Origin: Trueperaceae bacterium
Lineage (GTDB): Bacteria > Deinococcota > Deinococci > Deinococcales > Trueperaceae
NCBI GenBank assembly: GCA_965214405.1
Contig: OZ243956.1
Location: 320,001-384,000, forward strand
DNA: 64,000 bases
Reading direction: 5' to 3'
A program made the position numbers and the translations under genes. Under the pieces are notes generated by a model. The model was not told the origin of the DNA and did no database searches. It was given only the letters and a program-made list of their open reading frames with translations. Below, piece by piece: positions 61,056-64,000 of this stretch. How positions within the stretch are numbered: position 1 is the stretch's first letter; each line of letters begins with the position of its first letter.

Positions 61056-63539
61056 GTGATCAAGGTTGACCTGACAGGGGACTGGACCCTGCGCAACACA
61101 ACAACTCGAGAAGTACCCGGTTCGGTTGACGGGCTGAACGTTCCGGCCACGGTGCCGGGCTGCGTTCACACCGACTTGCTCGCCGCCGGTCTCATCCCCG
61201 ACCCGTACTACGCTCGAAACGAACTAGCGCTTCAGTGGATCGGCGAGAACGACTGGCAGTACGTTTGCAAGTTTGAGGTTTCGGAAGCGTTATTGGCGAG
61301 AGAAAAGCTCGAGCTCGTCTGCGACGGTCTCGACACGGTGGCGACTGTAGAGCTGAACGGACACATTGTCGGCACGTCCGAAAACATGCACCTCGCCTAC
61401 CGCTTTGACGCGAAACCTTTTTTACGCGGAGGCGCGAACGACCTCAGCATCACCTTTCGCTCCGCCCTGAACTACGCGAGAGAGCAGGTGGAACGTTTGG
61501 GCTACTTGCCCAATTCGTCCTATCCGCACCCCTTTAACTTCATCCGCAAGATGGCGTGTAACTTCGGCTGGGACTGGGGGCCGTCGCTCGTGACGGCGGG
61601 CGTGTGGCAGCCCATTTATCTAGAAGCGTGGGAGGGTGCCCGCATCGCTTCGGTGCGCCCTCTAGTTACCGGGGCGAGTGAAGAAAAAGCGGTTGTCGAG
61701 GTGCATGTCGAGGTTGAGGGTGTGGTGGCGGGGCTCGAGCTGGCGCTTACGCTGGAAGATTTTAGGGGCGACGTGGTGAAATCCCCCCTGACCCCCCTTA
61801 AAGAGGGGGGAACGTCCGTTACCTTGACCGTGCCCGACCCTCTCCTCTGGTGGCCGGTGGGTCATGGTGAGCAGCCGCTTTACACGCTCCGGGTCGAACT
61901 CAAAAGGGATGAAACCACGCTCGAGACCCAGCAGCGCCGCATCGGCTTGCGCCAGGTGCGGCTCAAAACCGAAGTGGACGCTATTGGCTCGGAATTTGTT
62001 TTGGAAATAAACGGCAAACCCATCTTTTGCAAGGGCGCGAACTGGATTCCCGACGACTGCTTCGTGACGCGCGTGACGCCGGAGCGTTACCGGGAGCGCA
62101 TTACGCAGGCTTTGGACGCCAACATGAACATGCTGCGCGTGTGGGGGGGCGGCATTTACGAAAGTGAAGCGTTTTACGAGATCTGCGACGAGCTGGGCGT
62201 GATGGTGTGGCAGGATTTTTTATTTGCCTGCGCCTTGTATCCCGAAGAAGAGCCTTTCGGCTCGCTCGTTGAAGCCGAGGCGCGGGCGCAAATTACGCGG
62301 CTGTCGGCGCATCCGAGTTTGGTCTTGTGGAACGGCAACAACGAAAACCTGTGGGGCTATTTAGAGTGGGAACGGGGCGGCAAGCTGTGGCTCGAGTGGG
62401 CGGCGGGCCGAAGCTGGGGCGCGGGCTTCTATTTCGAGCTGTTCCCCAAACTTATCAAGGAACTCGACCCCACGCGCCCCTACACGCCGGGCAGCCCCTT
62501 TTCGGGCTCGCTCGAGCTGCACCCCAACAGCGCCAGCCACGGCACCCTGCACATCTGGGACGTATGGAACAGCGCCGACTACGTGAACTACCGCAAGTAC
62601 ATCCCGCGTTTCGCGTCCGAATTCGGCTTTCAAGCGCCGCCGACTTTCGCCACGCTCGCCGAGAGCGTCCCCGAGAGCGAGCGCCACGCGAAGAGCGCCG
62701 CAATGCTCCATCACCAAAAAGCGGACCGGGGAGACGAGAAGCTGACGTACGGGTTCAGGCGACACTTCAGCGCGCCCCAAAGTTTTGACGACTGGCATTT
62801 TCTCACGCAACTCAACCAGGCTCGGGCGCTGCAACTCGGCGTCGAGTGGTTTCGCGCGCATACGGGGCGCTGTATGGGCGCGCTCTACTGGCAGCTCAAC
62901 GACTGCTGGCCGGTCACGAGTTGGGCGGCGGTGGACGGGTACGGGCGCAAAAAACTTCTTTGGTACGCCACCAAGCATTTTTTCGCCGACCGGCTCCTCA
63001 GCATCCAGCCGCACGGCGACGGGCTGTTTGTGCATCTAGTCAACGACAGCGACGAGGCTTGGGAGACAACGGTTACGACGCAGCGGCGGGCGTTTTCCGG
63101 CGAGGTCTGCGCTGAGCATCTAGAGCAGGTCCATATAAAACCGCGCAGTGTAGAGCGTTTTAGGCTCGAGCCCGCTCTCACCCACACGGAGCACCCCGCC
63201 ACCGAACTTCTCACGGCGGAGGCGGACGGCTTACGCGCCCTTTGGACCTTCTCAAGAGACGCGCAGCTACGTTATCCAAGGCTCGAGGTTGACGCGGAGT
63301 TGGAGGGGACGGCGAACGGCTATGTGCTTAGGCTCGAGGCCAAAACTTTCGTGCGCGACCTCTGTTTGCTGGTGGACAAGCTCGAGCCTGCTGCCACGAC
63401 CGACACCCAACTTCTCACGCTTCTACCCGGCGAGAGGGGCGCATTTGAAGTTTGGACCGACCAAACCCTCTCTTTAGAAGCGTGTTTAGAGCCGACTATT
63501 CTTTATAGCGCCAACCGTTTTGGTTTAGGAGACGCTTAA
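61056..63539 (+). CDS. GH2 beta-mannosidase
   Basis: RK..CNFGWDWGP, KGANWIP, RVWGGG.YE, WQDF.FAC, WNGNNE, SEFG.Q and YWQLNDCWP motifs. Confidence 0.93.
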   Translation: MIKVDLTGDWTLRNTTTREVPGSVDGLNVPATVPGCVHTDLLAAGLIPDPYYARNELALQWIGENDWQYVCKFEVSEALLAREKLELVCDGLDTVATVELNGHIVGTSENMHLAYRFDAKPFLRGGANDLSITFRSALNYAREQVERLGYLPNSSYPHPFNFIRKMACNFGWDWGPSLVTAGVWQPIYLEAWEGARIASVRPLVTGASEEKAVVEVHVEVEGVVAGLELALTLEDFRGDVVKSPLTPLKEGGTSVTLTVPDPLLWWPVGHGEQPLYTLRVELKRDETTLETQQRRIGLRQVRLKTEVDAIGSEFVLEINGKPIFCKGANWIPDDCFVTRVTPERYRERITQALDANMNMLRVWGGGIYESEAFYEICDELGVMVWQDFLFACALYPEEEPFGSLVEAEARAQITRLSAHPSLVLWNGNNENLWGYLEWERGGKLWLEWAAGRSWGAGFYFELFPKLIKELDPTRPYTPGSPFSGSLELHPNSASHGTLHIWDVWNSADYVNYRKYIPRFASEFGFQAPPTFATLAESVPESERHAKSAAMLHHQKADRGDEKLTYGFRRHFSAPQSFDDWHFLTQLNQARALQLGVEWFRAHTGRCMGALYWQLNDCWPVTSWAAVDGYGRKKLLWYATKHFFADRLLSIQPHGDGLFVHLVNDSDEAWETTVTTQRRAFSGEVCAEHLEQVHIKPRSVERFRLEPALTHTEHPATELLTAEADGLRALWTFSRDAQLRYPRLEVDAELEGTANGYVLRLEAKTFVRDLCLLVDKLEPAATTDTQLLTLLPGERGAFEVWTDQTLSLEACLEPTILYSANRFGLGDA
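61779..61813. repeat. short palindromic element lying in frame within the GH2 gene
   Basis: AAATCCCCCCTGACCCCCCTTAAAGAGGGGGGAAC, encoding KSPLTPLKEGGT. Confidence 0.55.
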
Positions 63540-63595
63540 CGAGCGCAGATACTGACCGACTCGTTGGGGGGCTCTATGCTTAGCGTTTGAAACCT

Positions 63596-63925
63596 CTACA
63601 AAGCACTTGATGAACTGGGCAGCACGCCTTCGCGCTTCTCCTCTTCATAAAGTCGCTCGCTCACAAAGGTTTTGAGAAGCGTTTGGTAGCCTATTCCCTT
63701 GTGCTTGGCTAATCGCTTGAGCCGCTTGACGGTGTCTTGCTCGAGCATCAGCGAGATGCGCTCCGTCTGAGACGTTTGTGCGCGGGGCGGCGGTAGCGGG
63801 TGGTCGCTCGTGTCGCGGGTCTTTAGCTTAATACCGTCACCAAGACTGTGTGTAGCCCAGAACGCTTGCTCCTCTTCGTCGGTCGTGAGATCGGGCACCT
63901 CATCCATACTCTGAATTTCTTTCAT
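63596..63925 (-). CDS. CopG/BrnA-like antitoxin (ribbon-helix-helix)
   Basis: EEEQAFWATH and ISLML....V.RLK.LA..KGIGYQTLLK motifs. Confidence 0.82.
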   Translation of the reverse strand: MKEIQSMDEVPDLTTDEEEQAFWATHSLGDGIKLKTRDTSDHPLPPPRAQTSQTERISLMLEQDTVKRLKRLAKHKGIGYQTLLKTFVSERLYEEEKREGVLPSSSSAL

Positions 63926-64000
63926 TACAATCTATTGTAGATTAAGCGCGCGCGAACCTACGCTTGTTCTTCACCAACACGCCTAAAGTTACAACCCTCA

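Noticed and set aside
63596..64000. Orphan antitoxin claim, with palindrome TACAAT-CT-ATTGTA at 63926-63939
   Set aside because: The window ends 75 bp upstream, and an open frame (RVVTLGVLVKNKRRFARA) could be the end of a partner toxin, so it cannot be decided.

Overview
High-GC bacterial chromosomal window, probably Deinococcota (Trueperaceae-like). This is inferred from a LysW-pathway lysK, apparently leaderless genes with a -10 box next to the start codon, and strong CTCGAG enrichment. From left to right it holds: (1) a near-complete peptidoglycan/amino-sugar recycling cluster (nagA, GlcNAc kinase, nagZ, family-5 ABC importer, NlpC/P60, anmK, AmiE-like hydrolase, GntR, murQ, SIS deaminase), interrupted by a UPF0175/DUF3368 toxin-antitoxin pair and an ISKra4/ISLre2-like IS; (2) a deoC-aldehyde dehydrogenase operon carrying three paralogous antitoxin-like genes, one VapC toxin and a broken RimJ/L acetyltransferase; (3) dusA, a GH15 hydrolase and the GlgE/TreS-Mak/TreS pathway; (4) the most striking feature, a three-gene secreted operon encoding an Ig plus cohesin-like lipoprotein, a TIMP-like OB-fold protein and a degenerate matrixin fused to a dockerin; (5) lysK and a second, divergent IS; (6) two sugar ABC loci, one with CBM9-like, GH9 and GH2 enzymes. 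Several structured intergenic RNA candidates are also visible. No rRNA, tRNA or CRISPR array was seen. All calls come from reading motifs by eye; no searches were run.
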